The position numbers and the translations under genes were made by a program. A stretch of 64,000 nt of DNA, from contig CBDCDA010000001.1 of the NCBI GenBank assembly GCA_965215335.1, positions 1,184,001 through 1,248,000 of the forward strand, in the 5' to 3' direction. The notes under the pieces are model-generated. The model had not been told where the DNA came from, ran no database searches, and was given only the letters and a program-made list of their open reading frames with translations. Shown here one piece after another: positions 44,966 to 54,670 of this stretch; the first letter of the stretch is position 1; each line of letters begins with the position of its first letter. This DNA is from an uncultured Candidatus Entotheonella sp. Lineage in GTDB: Bacteria > Tectomicrobia > Entotheonellia > Entotheonellales > Entotheonellaceae.

Positions 44966-45253
44966 ATGCCCGTCTATGAATATGAGTGCAGTCCGTGTCT
45001 GGTCGTCTATCAGGTGCTGCAAGGGATGCAGGATGAGCCCCTGCAGACGTGCCCGAGGTGCTCCGGCTCCGTGCGGCGCGTGATGTCGGCCGCCAGCCTG
45101 AACCTGCGCAATTACGCCAGCCCGACCGAGGCGAAGTACGCCAGGATAAGCCACAGCGAGGAAATGGCCCGCGAGAAGGAATTGCAGCGCGACTACGAAA
45201 CCGTCTGGTTGCCGCCGCAGGTGAAGCACGATCCCTGGGATCACGACCACTAA
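44966..45253 (+). CDS. FmdB-family zinc-ribbon protein
   Basis: MPVYEYECSPC...CPRC. Confidence 0.88.
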   Translation: MPVYEYECSPCLVVYQVLQGMQDEPLQTCPRCSGSVRRVMSAASLNLRNYASPTEAKYARISHSEEMAREKELQRDYETVWLPPQVKHDPWDHDH

Positions 45254-45283
45254 GACCACCGGCATGCGAAGGAGTCACCGTTC

Positions 45284-45655
45284 ATGACACGCTCGGGCGC
45301 CACCACCGGTCGCCGGAATGCAGGATATCTCGCGCTGTCGCTGTTCCTCGGTTTCGGCCTGTCCGGTTTGCCCCCGACGGCTCATGCCCAGGAATGCGAC
45401 AAGGTACACGAGGTTATCGTGACGCACATATTCACGCCGAAGGATTTGGTCATCGAGGCAGGCGACTGCGTGCGCTTCGTCAACATTCACGAGATCGAGC
45501 ACAGTGCCGTCGCCAGAACGCGGACGTTCAACACCGGCACCCTGATGCCGAGAAGCAGCTCATTGATTCGATTCGACACGCCGGGTGAGCTGCCCTATGT
45601 GTGCGGGCTGCACCCGCCGATGATCGGAACCATCATCGTCAAGCCGAAGCCGTAA
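45284..45655 (+). CDS. Secreted cupredoxin (amicyanin/plastocyanin-like)
   Basis: Signal peptide; type-1 Cu ligands EHS...CGLHPPM. Confidence 0.88.
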   Translation: MTRSGATTGRRNAGYLALSLFLGFGLSGLPPTAHAQECDKVHEVIVTHIFTPKDLVIEAGDCVRFVNIHEIEHSAVARTRTFNTGTLMPRSSSLIRFDTPGELPYVCGLHPPMIGTIIVKPKP

Positions 45656-45977
45656 CCGCCCCCCTGCACGTGCCGGCACGTATTTTCTCTTGACTCGCCA
45701 GTCCAAACGGTTCTACTCCCGCTGTCACGAACGAAAGGTGCAGAACGTGACGAAAAAGACACTTTCAGAATGACGAGGCGTTCGCCCGCCGATGAGCCTC
45801 GCCATCTGCAACTGCTTCCTGCGGAAAGACGAACCTGCCTCGTCGCTCAAGGTCGACAAGTACCACGATTCGGCCGAGTCGGATTGACGGGCCGGGACAT
45901 GTAACGATGGCGTCGCTGGGGGAGAATCGCTAATGCCTCCTGCCGCCGGAACGGATGAATCTCGGTGAGGTCCGTCG

Positions 45978-46934
45978 ATGAAACGTCGAAACAGGGTGCT
46001 GGTGACCGGCGGGGCGGGGTTTCTCGGCTCTCACCTGTGCGACCGGCTGCTGGCGGAGAACAACGAGGTCCTTTGTGCCGACAATTACCTCACCGGGTCT
46101 CGGGACAACGTCGCCGCGGCGTTGTCGAACCCGAATTTCGAGGCCATCAGGCACGACATCACCTTTCCGCTCCATGTCGAGGTCGACCAGATCTACAATC
46201 TGGCCTGCCCGGCGTCGCCGCTTCACTATCAGTTCGATCCGGTGCAGACGACCAAGGTCAGCGTATACGGCGCGATCAACCTGTTGGGACTCGCCAAGCG
46301 GGTACGGGCGCCCATTCTCCAAGCCTCGACCAGCGAGGTGTACGGCGACCCCGGCGTTCATCCGCAGACCGAAGACTATTGGGGCAACGTCAACCTGATC
46401 GGGCCGCGCGCCTGCTACGACGAGGGCAAGCGCTGCGCCGAAACGTTGTTCTTCGACTACCAGCGCCAGCACGACCTGCAGATCAAGGTGGCGCGCATCT
46501 TCAATACCTACGGGCCGCGCATGGCTGCTGGCGATGGCCGCGTGGTGTCGGCCTTCGTGGTGCAGGCGCTGCGCGGCGAGCCGCTGACCGTCCACGGCGA
46601 CGGTGAGCAGACGCGGTCTTTCTGCTATGTCGCCGACCTGGTCGACGGTCTGGTGCGGCTGATGAACACGCCCCCCGAGGTTACCGGACCGGTCAACCTC
46701 GGCAGAACGGAGGAGGTCACCATCCGTGAGCTCGCCGATGCGGTGCTTCGCCTGACTGGCTCGAAATCGACAATCGTCCACGTGGAGGCAGTGGAAGACG
46801 ATCCGCGTCGGCGGCGACCCGACATCACGAAGGCCGGAACCATCCTTGGCTGGACGCCGACCACGCCACTTGAAGCCGGACTCCGGAAAACGATAGACTA
46901 TTTCGACCATCTGCTGAGGTCGGCCCGCCGGTAG
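45978..46934 (+). CDS. UDP-glucuronate decarboxylase (UDP-xylose synthase), SDR family
   Basis: [41 protein letters not shown]. Confidence 0.93.
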   Translation: MKRRNRVLVTGGAGFLGSHLCDRLLAENNEVLCADNYLTGSRDNVAAALSNPNFEAIRHDITFPLHVEVDQIYNLACPASPLHYQFDPVQTTKVSVYGAINLLGLAKRVRAPILQASTSEVYGDPGVHPQTEDYWGNVNLIGPRACYDEGKRCAETLFFDYQRQHDLQIKVARIFNTYGPRMAAGDGRVVSAFVVQALRGEPLTVHGDGEQTRSFCYVADLVDGLVRLMNTPPEVTGPVNLGRTEEVTIRELADAVLRLTGSKSTIVHVEAVEDDPRRRRPDITKAGTILGWTPTTPLEAGLRKTIDYFDHLLRSARR

Positions 46935-46980
46935 TGGTCTTCGGGTGCACGATGGGGACGGGATCAGCGGAGCGCAGGTC

Positions 46981-48576
46981 ATGACGCACACGGAACCGGA
47001 CCTGAACCCCCGGCCGCCGCTGGCGAAGCGCAAGCTGCCCCTCGGCATCCAGACCTTCCGCACGATCCGTGAGGGGGGGTATTACTACGTCGACAAGACC
47101 GATTACATCCGGCGGCTGGTGGGCGGCGGTGCGTACTACTTCCTGTCGCGCCCGCGGCGCTTCGGAAAGAGCCTGCTGCTGGACACCCTCAAGGAGCTGT
47201 TCGAGGGCAATGAGCGGTTGTTCGAAGGGCTTTACATCCACGATCGCTGGGACTGGTCGGCGCATCACCCGGTGGTGCGCCTGAGTTTCGGCGGCGGCAG
47301 CTTCAGGGAACCGGATCATTTGTACGCGAACGCGATGGCACAGCTAGACGCCGTTCAACGGCGAACCGGTGCGGTTTCCGAGTACGCCACGGCGCCGGAA
47401 CGGCTCGCGCACCTTCTGGAGGTGCTGCACGACCGCACCGGCGAGCGCGTGGTGGTGCTGGTGGACGAGTACGACAAGCCGATCGTGGACGCGCTCGCCG
47501 AGCCGGAGGTCGCCCGGACCAACCGCGACTTCCTGCGCGGCTTCTACGGCGTTGTCAAGGACAGCGACGCGCACGTGCGCTTCACCTTCATCACCGGGGT
47601 CAGCAAGTTCGCCAAGGTCAGCCTGTTCTCGGACCTGAACAACCTCACGGACATTACCCTGGACGAGCGCTACGCCGGCATCTGCGGCTACACCGAGGCG
47701 GACCTGGACGCGGTGTTCGCGCCGGAGCTGCCGGGGCTGGACCGGCAGGCCGTCCGCGACTGGTACGACGGCTACGGCTGGCTGGGCGCGGAGCGGGTGT
47801 ACAACCCCTACGACGTGCTGTTGCTGTTCGATAAGCGCCGGTTCGACGCCTGGTGGTTCGAGACCGGCACGCCGGCGTTCCTGATCGAGCGACTGTTCCG
47901 GCTCGGCTTCCACTTCCCGAGGCTGAACGGCCTGCTCGTCTCCGACGATCTGCTGTCCGCTTTCGACGTGGACGACATGGAGCCGGAGGCGCTGTTGTTC
48001 CAGACCGGCTACCTGACGATCAAGGGCGTGGAGGGGGCGGACGACCCGACCCGGCTGCCGCGCTACCGCCTGGGCTACCCGAACCGGGAGGTGCGCCGGG
48101 GCTTGGCCGGACGCCTGCTGCGCGCGGCGGTGCCGCGCGACGCGCGCGAGTTGGCGACGGGCGACGGGCTGCGCCGGCTGCTGGCGGCCAACGACTTCGG
48201 CGGCGTGGAGACGCTGTTCAAGGCGTTCTTCGACAGCATCCCCTACGAATGGTACGCCAACAACGACATCGCCAAATACGAGGGCTACTATGCGAGCGTG
48301 TTCTACGGCTACGTGGAGGGGGCGGGTCTGGACGCGACGGTGGAGGACAGTTCGAACCGGGGACGCCTGGACATGGCGGTACGGTTCAACGGCCATGTCT
48401 ACCTGTTCGAGTTCAAGGTAGTGGCGTCCGCGCCGGAGGGCGCGGCCATGGCGCAGTTGCGGGCGCGCGGCTACGCAGCGAAGTACCGCCACCTGGGTCA
48501 ACCGATCCATCTGGTGGCGATCGAGTTCAGCAGGGAGGCGCGCAACGTCGTGGCCTTCGACGTGGAGCGGGCCTGA
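46981..48576 (+). CDS. AAA-ATPase-like + PD-(D/E)XK nuclease protein, copy 1
   Basis: KLPLGIQTF, YYVDKT, RPRRFGKS, DEYDKP, GRLDM...FEFK. Confidence 0.92.
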   Translation: MTHTEPDLNPRPPLAKRKLPLGIQTFRTIREGGYYYVDKTDYIRRLVGGGAYYFLSRPRRFGKSLLLDTLKELFEGNERLFEGLYIHDRWDWSAHHPVVRLSFGGGSFREPDHLYANAMAQLDAVQRRTGAVSEYATAPERLAHLLEVLHDRTGERVVVLVDEYDKPIVDALAEPEVARTNRDFLRGFYGVVKDSDAHVRFTFITGVSKFAKVSLFSDLNNLTDITLDERYAGICGYTEADLDAVFAPELPGLDRQAVRDWYDGYGWLGAERVYNPYDVLLLFDKRRFDAWWFETGTPAFLIERLFRLGFHFPRLNGLLVSDDLLSAFDVDDMEPEALLFQTGYLTIKGVEGADDPTRLPRYRLGYPNREVRRGLAGRLLRAAVPRDARELATGDGLRRLLAANDFGGVETLFKAFFDSIPYEWYANNDIAKYEGYYASVFYGYVEGAGLDATVEDSSNRGRLDMAVRFNGHVYLFEFKVVASAPEGAAMAQLRARGYAAKYRHLGQPIHLVAIEFSREARNVVAFDVERA

Positions 48577-48580
48577 ACAC

Positions 48581-50119
48581 ATGGATAGAAAGATGGATAT
48601 GGCCGACGCCTCTCGGAATGTGACGGGTCGAGGCCGGCGCCCGGTGACCCCCGAACCGGCGCGCGTCCGCTACAACGACTGGCGGCAGGTGGCAGTGGAA
48701 CCGCTGGATACGTTCACGCCCACCCTGCCCGTGAGCGTGATCATCCCGTACTACCAGACACCCGCCGAAACGCTGGCCAGGACGCTGGCGGCGCTGGAAG
48801 GGCAGACCTATCCGCGGGAGTTGTTCGAGGTCGTAATCGTCGACGACGGGTCGGAGCCGCCGCTGTCCCAGCCCCGCTCCACCCCGCTGGACGTCAAGGT
48901 GGTGTGTCAGGAGCGTCGCGGATTCGGGGCCGCCCGGGCGCGGAACACCGGCGTCCGGACGGCCGCCTACGACATCCTGCTCTTTCTCGACAGCGACATG
49001 CTCGCCGAGGCAGGCTGGATGGCTGAGCACGCCCGCTGGCACCACGCCGTCTCCGACGCCCTGACCCTGGGGGTGAGCGCCTATGTGTCGGTGGACGGCA
49101 TCGACTCGGAGACCATTCGGCACCGGGCCGGGTCGTTGCGAGAGCTATTCTCGGACCGGCCGACGGACCCGCCCTGGACTGAAACCCACAGCGCCAGAAC
49201 CAGCCATCTGACGTCCCGGGCCGACGACTTGTTCAGGGTGGTAGCCAGCGGAAACCTCGGGGTCAGCAAAATTTTCTACGAGTTGACGGGCGGGTTCGAC
49301 GAATCGTTCACGCGTTGGGGAATGGAGGATACCGAGTTCGGCTACCGGGCCTATACCCGCGGCGGGCTGCTGGTGCCGGCCCGGGACGTCTTCGCCTGGC
49401 ACCAGGGACGCTGGAAGGAGGACAGAAACGCCACCAAGAGCCGGGATCTTCGGCTTCAGCGCGGGAAGGTAGCGCAGCTTATCGCCCACCGCGGGTTCCG
49501 CGGCAACCAGACCGGCCGCATCTTCACGGTGCCTCAGTACGTCGTAACCATTGATGCCGGCCGTCGCCCGATCGAGCAAATCATCAAGACCGCCGTGAAC
49601 ATCCTGGCGGACCGCGCGCATGACTTGGTGGTGCGAATCGAAACGCACGCGAGTGACGACCATGAGCGACTGACGCTGCTCCAGGACGAGTTCGGTGCCG
49701 ACCCACGGGTGCGCATCGGTCCCACTCGCTTCGCCCTCGACGAGTTTCCGGTGTCGCCGTTCCACGTCACGCTTCCCGCCACCGAATTCGCCAGAAACCT
49801 GGTGCATCGGCTGCGCGCCGGGCTGGGAGGGGCGGTCACCGCGGCCTCGACTCTCCCGGACGGAAGCCAGGTGTCGATCACCCGTGCGTGGGCGCTCCAC
49901 CGGGCGCGCCGTGCGGGGGGCAGCCTCGCCGGCTTCGGAGAGGCGCGGACGATACCCGCCAAGGCGCTGGAGCTCAAGAGCGCCGGGCCGGTGGACTACC
50001 TCACCAAATGGGATGCCCTGCTCCGCTGGATGCGGGACATCCGCAGCCCCTCAGAGGCATGGGCACTCCTGAAGGGCTTGGCCCTCGCGGTCCAGTGGCG
50101 GTTGGCCATCAAGCGATAA
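48581..50119 (+). CDS. Glycosyltransferase family 2, paralogue 1
   Basis: SVIIPYY, VDDGS, ARNTG, FLDSD, GGFDESF..WG.ED. Confidence 0.9.
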   Translation: MDRKMDMADASRNVTGRGRRPVTPEPARVRYNDWRQVAVEPLDTFTPTLPVSVIIPYYQTPAETLARTLAALEGQTYPRELFEVVIVDDGSEPPLSQPRSTPLDVKVVCQERRGFGAARARNTGVRTAAYDILLFLDSDMLAEAGWMAEHARWHHAVSDALTLGVSAYVSVDGIDSETIRHRAGSLRELFSDRPTDPPWTETHSARTSHLTSRADDLFRVVASGNLGVSKIFYELTGGFDESFTRWGMEDTEFGYRAYTRGGLLVPARDVFAWHQGRWKEDRNATKSRDLRLQRGKVAQLIAHRGFRGNQTGRIFTVPQYVVTIDAGRRPIEQIIKTAVNILADRAHDLVVRIETHASDDHERLTLLQDEFGADPRVRIGPTRFALDEFPVSPFHVTLPATEFARNLVHRLRAGLGGAVTAASTLPDGSQVSITRAWALHRARRAGGSLAGFGEARTIPAKALELKSAGPVDYLTKWDALLRWMRDIRSPSEAWALLKGLALAVQWRLAIKR

Positions 50120-50128
50120 GGGGCCTGA

Positions 50129-51631
50129 ATGACTCCCAAACCCGCGTCCGTCCACTACAACGACTGGCGCCAGGTGGCGGTAGAACCGCTGGATACGTTC
50201 ACGCCCACCCTACCCGGGAGCGTGATCATCCCGTACTACCAGACACCCGCCGAAACGCTGGCCAGGACGCTGGCGGCGCTGGAAGGGCAGACCTATCCGC
50301 GGGAGTTGTTCGAGGTCGTAATCGTCGACGACGGGTCGGAGCCGCCGCTGTCCCAGCCCCGCTCCACCCCGCTGGACGTCAAGGTGGTGCGTCAGGAGCG
50401 TCGCGGCTTTGGGCTCGCCCGGGCGCGGAACACCGGCGCCCGGGCGGCCGCCTACGACATCCTGCTCTTTCTCGACAGCGACATGCTCGCCGAGGCAGGC
50501 TGGATGGCTGCACACGCCCGCTGGCACCACGCCGTCTCCGACGCCCTGACCCTGGGGTTGGTCGCCTATGTGTCGGTGGACGGTATCGACGCGGAGACGA
50601 TCCGGCGTCGGCCAGGGTCGTTACGGGAGCTGTTCTCGGACCGGACGGCGGACTCTTCACGGATCGAAGGCCTGATGCGCAGAACCAGCGATCTGACGAC
50701 GAGAGCCGATGATATATTTCACGCGATAGCAGGGGGCAACTTCGGAATTGGAAAGAGCTTCTACTGGTTGGTGGGCGGGAGTGACGAATCGTTCGCACGC
50801 TGGGGAGGGGAAGATACCGAGTTCGGCTACCGGGCCTATGCCCGCGGCGGGTTGCTGGTGCCGATCTGGGACGCCCCCGCCTGGCACCAAGGGCGCTGGA
50901 AGGAGAACAGAAACGCCACCAAGAGCCGGGATTTTCAGCTTCAGCGCGGGAAGGTAGCGCAGCTTATCGCCCACCCGGGATTCCGCGGCAAGCAGCCCGG
51001 TTGCATCTTTAAGGTGCCCCAGTATGTGGTGACCATTGATGCCGGCCGTCGCCCGATCGAGCAAATCATCAAGACCGCCGTGAACATCCTGGCGGACCGC
51101 GCGCATGACTTGGTGGTGCGAATCGAAACGCACGCGAGTGACGACCATGAGCGACTGACGCTGCTCCAGGACGAGTTCGGTGCCGACCCACGGGTGCGCA
51201 TCGGTCCCACTCGCTTCGCCCTCGACGAGTTTCCGGTGTCGCCGTTCCACGTCACGCTTCCCGCCACCGAATTCGCCAGAAACCTGGTGCATCGGCTGCG
51301 CGCCGGGCTGGGAGGGGCGGTCACCGCGGCCTCGACTCTCCCGGACGGAAGCCAGGTGTCGATCACCCGTGCGTGGGCGCTCCACCGGGCGCGCCGCACG
51401 GGGGGCAGCCTCGCCGGCTTCGGAGAGGCGCGGACGCTATCTGCGCGTTCCCTGAAGGTCCGGGTCGGCGCGCCGCCGGGCGGTGTGAACCGCACCGCAT
51501 CCAAGAAGGCAGTCGGATTTCCTACCGATTGGGAGCGCTTGCGGGACCGAGTGAGGAACCTCCACGGCTATCGGGATGCATGGTTGTTCCTGAAGTGGTT
51601 CGTCGGCGCGGTGTGGCGAGCAGTCAAGTAG
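50129..51631 (+). CDS. Glycosyltransferase family 2, paralogue 2
   Basis: Same motifs; tandem duplicate at offset 1485 bp. Confidence 0.9.
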   Translation: MTPKPASVHYNDWRQVAVEPLDTFTPTLPGSVIIPYYQTPAETLARTLAALEGQTYPRELFEVVIVDDGSEPPLSQPRSTPLDVKVVRQERRGFGLARARNTGARAAAYDILLFLDSDMLAEAGWMAAHARWHHAVSDALTLGLVAYVSVDGIDAETIRRRPGSLRELFSDRTADSSRIEGLMRRTSDLTTRADDIFHAIAGGNFGIGKSFYWLVGGSDESFARWGGEDTEFGYRAYARGGLLVPIWDAPAWHQGRWKENRNATKSRDFQLQRGKVAQLIAHPGFRGKQPGCIFKVPQYVVTIDAGRRPIEQIIKTAVNILADRAHDLVVRIETHASDDHERLTLLQDEFGADPRVRIGPTRFALDEFPVSPFHVTLPATEFARNLVHRLRAGLGGAVTAASTLPDGSQVSITRAWALHRARRTGGSLAGFGEARTLSARSLKVRVGAPPGGVNRTASKKAVGFPTDWERLRDRVRNLHGYRDAWLFLKWFVGAVWRAVK

Positions 51632-51638
51632 GCTGCAT

Positions 51639-53054
51639 ATGGGGGAGACTAGGTATCCGGCGCCGAATACGGAGAACATGAGATCGTCGTTCCTGAAATA
51701 CGTGGTTCGATGGCGGGCGGCCAGAAAGCAACGGATGGCCTGGGCGTATCTCCGGCACTGGATACGGAGTCGGTGGCTGCGGGTCGTCTGGAAACCGGGC
51801 AAGCTGCTACAGAGCGGACCGGCTCGGAACCCGCCGATGCCAGGCGCATCGAAACCGCCGGAGGCGTCGTGCCAAGCTGTCGTACCCGCCTTTGATCCGC
51901 GGAGATACAACCCGTTCCGATGGCCGCGCGCCGCCGGGGACGAGGTGGCGGCGCTGGGGCCGATCGCGTGGTTGCCACCCGACGCCGAGGCGCACCGCGT
52001 CGTGCACCGGGACGATCTGCGCCGCCTGCGTCGTTGTCATCACGTGGAGGACGTGCAGGCGTACCACGACGACGTCGTCACGCGGGCCGGTGACTTGGCT
52101 CGCGTGGCCGCCACCGGCGTGGTGGTGCATCTGGCGGATGGCGATAAACGGCTTCGGCCGCTGCTCGGCGCCGACCTTCATGACCTGATGACCGGCGACG
52201 TGAGCGGCATCGACGCCGACGCGCGCGAACTGCTCAGCATCAGGATGCGCCGCGCGGCTCTGCGGGACCATTCACTCCAAGCGCGCGCCCGGCAACTCGG
52301 CGGGGAGGAACCGCCCTTGGTGTCGATCCTGCTGCCGACCCGGCGCCCCGAACGGCTGCCGCAGGCGCTCGCCGCGGTAGCGAGACAGACCTACCCCCGG
52401 CTGGAGCTGGTGCTGGCGTTGCACGGCGGACCCTTCGCGGAAGTCGAGCAGCGCGTCGCCGAATTGCCGCACCCGGCGAAGGTGGTGCCCGTGCCCGCAC
52501 GCGAGCCGCTCGGCACCGTGCTCGGCGCCGCGTCGGCGGTGGCGAGCGGGACGCTGCTGACCAAGATGGACGACGACGACCTGTACGGCGGCGACCACGT
52601 GTGGGACCTCGTGCTTGCGCAGGAGTACTCCCAAGCGCCGCTGGTGGGCAAGGGGGTTGAGTTCGTCTACCTGGCCGCGTCGGATCGAACCGCTCACTGG
52701 CACTGCGGGAGCGGCGAAAGTTATCAGACGTCGACCCTGGCCGGGGGCGCTCAGTTGATTACCCGCGACGAGCTCGTGCGGGTGGGCGGCTGGCCGCGAG
52801 TGTCGCGAGGCGTCGATCAGGGGCTGATCGACGCCGTCGTTCGGGCGCGCGGCTGCGTCTACCGCACCCACGGCGCCGGCTTCATGCTGGTTCGACACGG
52901 CGAGCGCCATACGTGGGAGGCGTCCGACGACTGGTTCCTCGAGCAGGCCGACAGTAGCAGCCCCGGCTGGAACCCGGCGCTCGCCGACCTCGGGGACCTG
53001 AACCTGCCGCATCCGGTGTCGGACACGGAATCAACAGGGAAACAGCAGACTTGA
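51639..53054 (+). CDS. Glycosyltransferase (GT-A fold)
   Basis: VSILLPTRRP, QTYP, TKMDDDDLYG. Confidence 0.8.
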   Translation: MGETRYPAPNTENMRSSFLKYVVRWRAARKQRMAWAYLRHWIRSRWLRVVWKPGKLLQSGPARNPPMPGASKPPEASCQAVVPAFDPRRYNPFRWPRAAGDEVAALGPIAWLPPDAEAHRVVHRDDLRRLRRCHHVEDVQAYHDDVVTRAGDLARVAATGVVVHLADGDKRLRPLLGADLHDLMTGDVSGIDADARELLSIRMRRAALRDHSLQARARQLGGEEPPLVSILLPTRRPERLPQALAAVARQTYPRLELVLALHGGPFAEVEQRVAELPHPAKVVPVPAREPLGTVLGAASAVASGTLLTKMDDDDLYGGDHVWDLVLAQEYSQAPLVGKGVEFVYLAASDRTAHWHCGSGESYQTSTLAGGAQLITRDELVRVGGWPRVSRGVDQGLIDAVVRARGCVYRTHGAGFMLVRHGERHTWEASDDWFLEQADSSSPGWNPALADLGDLNLPHPVSDTESTGKQQT

Positions 53055-53118
53055 AATCTGTCATGAATGTGATTCTGCCACGCTACCACGCTACGCCTTT
53101 TGGTTTGGGATCACACAC

Positions 53119-53565
53119 GTGATCCTGATTGTTCTCGCCATCCTTGGCCCGCTGCACATACTGACCCGCACGTCCACCTATGGCTCCGGCCTGTCCCCCG
53201 ACTCGGCAGGCTACCTGTCCATCGCTTCGAACCTCGCCGAGGGAGAGGGCTCGCAGGATTCCAACGGCCGCGGGATCCTGCCGTGGCCGTTCCTCTTTCC
53301 TCTGCTCCTGGCGGCCTTCGATCTCGTTGGCATCGAGCCGCTGGAGGCAGGCCGTTGGGTGAACATAGCCACCTTTGGTCTGATTGTCCTACTGGGTCGG
53401 TTTCTGGTTACGCCGGAACCCCATGTCGTCCGCTCTGGCGGTGGGGGCCACCGTCGCCGCCGTGACCTCGCTCCCCCTCTCCGCCTCGTCTCTTTGATAT
53501 GGGGGGGGACGGTGTTCACTGCCTTGGCCGCGGTGACGCGGTATGCCGGCGTTACGGAAGCATGA
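53119..53565 (+). pseudogene. Remnant of a GT-C/ArnT-like membrane glycosyltransferase
   Basis: GLSPDSAGYLSIASNL and WPFLFPLLLA N-terminal motifs, then scrambled sequence and LAAVTRYAGV; far shorter than family norm. Confidence 0.55.
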
Positions 53566-54395
53566 CGCCGCCAATGAACACGATCAAGCGGGCGCTGAGG
53601 GTGCTGAGCGCGATAGCAACGAACCCGTCCGTCGCCGCGGCGATGGTGGGCGCGTTGTCGCACGGGAGGTTCGACGTACGGCGCATGGCGTACACTGCCA
53701 CGCGGGCGCCCGATCTCCGCGCGGAGAAAGTCGTCTCCCGCAAGTACCGGTATCTCTGGCTATGCGTCCCCAAGGTGGCGTCGCGCAGCATCATGAGGGC
53801 GTTGTGCAGCACGGACCCTGACGCCGAGGTCGTTCACGGGGCGCGCATCAGCGACCTGTACGCGATACGTCCGGAAGCGAGGGGCTACCACAGCTTCGCG
53901 TTCGTCAGGCATCCTTTCGACCGGACGCTCTCGTTCTATCGGGAGCTGCATGTTGCCCACAGGATTTACACCGGAGAACAACGCCTTCACAAGGCGGAGA
54001 AACGCCAGAGCTTCTTCCGCCAGTTCTATGGACTGGCGGAAACGCGCAACTTCGACGACGTCTGCGAGTGGCTGAACACGCCGTACGGCTCGGATGTCTT
54101 TGCAGACCGGCACTTTCTGTCTCAACACATGCAGATTCGCCTTGAGGACGGGCGCTTGCCCGACTTCATCGGCCGCTTTGAGAACCTGGACGCGGATCTG
54201 AACCGGGTCGCAGCGTATCTCGGCATGCCGGCGCTGCAGTTGCCGATGCTCAACACGGCGTCCGGCTGGACGACAACGCCAGAAGCGTGGCGAGCGGCGA
54301 GGCCGCAGCTGGCCGCGCAACTCACCGAGCGGAACAGGGCGCTGCTGGCGAAACGTTACGCGGACGACTTCGAGCTCTTCGGCTATTCGCCGTGA
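53562..54395 (+). CDS. Sulfotransferase family 2 protein
   Basis: VPKVASRS (5'-PSB), FAFVRHPFDRTLSFY (3'-PB), DFIGRFENL, YADDFELFGY. Confidence 0.88.
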   Translation: MTPPMNTIKRALRVLSAIATNPSVAAAMVGALSHGRFDVRRMAYTATRAPDLRAEKVVSRKYRYLWLCVPKVASRSIMRALCSTDPDAEVVHGARISDLYAIRPEARGYHSFAFVRHPFDRTLSFYRELHVAHRIYTGEQRLHKAEKRQSFFRQFYGLAETRNFDDVCEWLNTPYGSDVFADRHFLSQHMQIRLEDGRLPDFIGRFENLDADLNRVAAYLGMPALQLPMLNTASGWTTTPEAWRAARPQLAAQLTERNRALLAKRYADDFELFGYSP

Positions 54396-54670
54396 TCTGC
54401 GGAGACGCCAGGCGGTGAGAACGACCCTGGTTTCCTTGCCGCTCAACCCACAGAGCGAATGCCTGCTGAGTGCGGACAACGTGGATCGGAAGAAAGCGTG
54501 CAACGTCGGTGCCAGCCAACTTCCGGCTGCGCGACGCTGCGGTCCGACGTATCGTGTTGCCGACCTCGGAGCGCTGGTATACACTGGCCGCCATGCCGGC
54601 GATGGTGGCACGGGTCGCGACCTCCCCTGTCGCTGATAACCCACGTACTCGACCACGGCGAGCCACAGCG

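Noticed and set aside
45656..45977. ncRNA or riboswitch in the intergenic gap
   Set aside because: Only a short palindrome (acgtgccggcacgt) and a weak promoter-like TTGACT are visible; no recognisable family. An Rfam cmscan would settle it.
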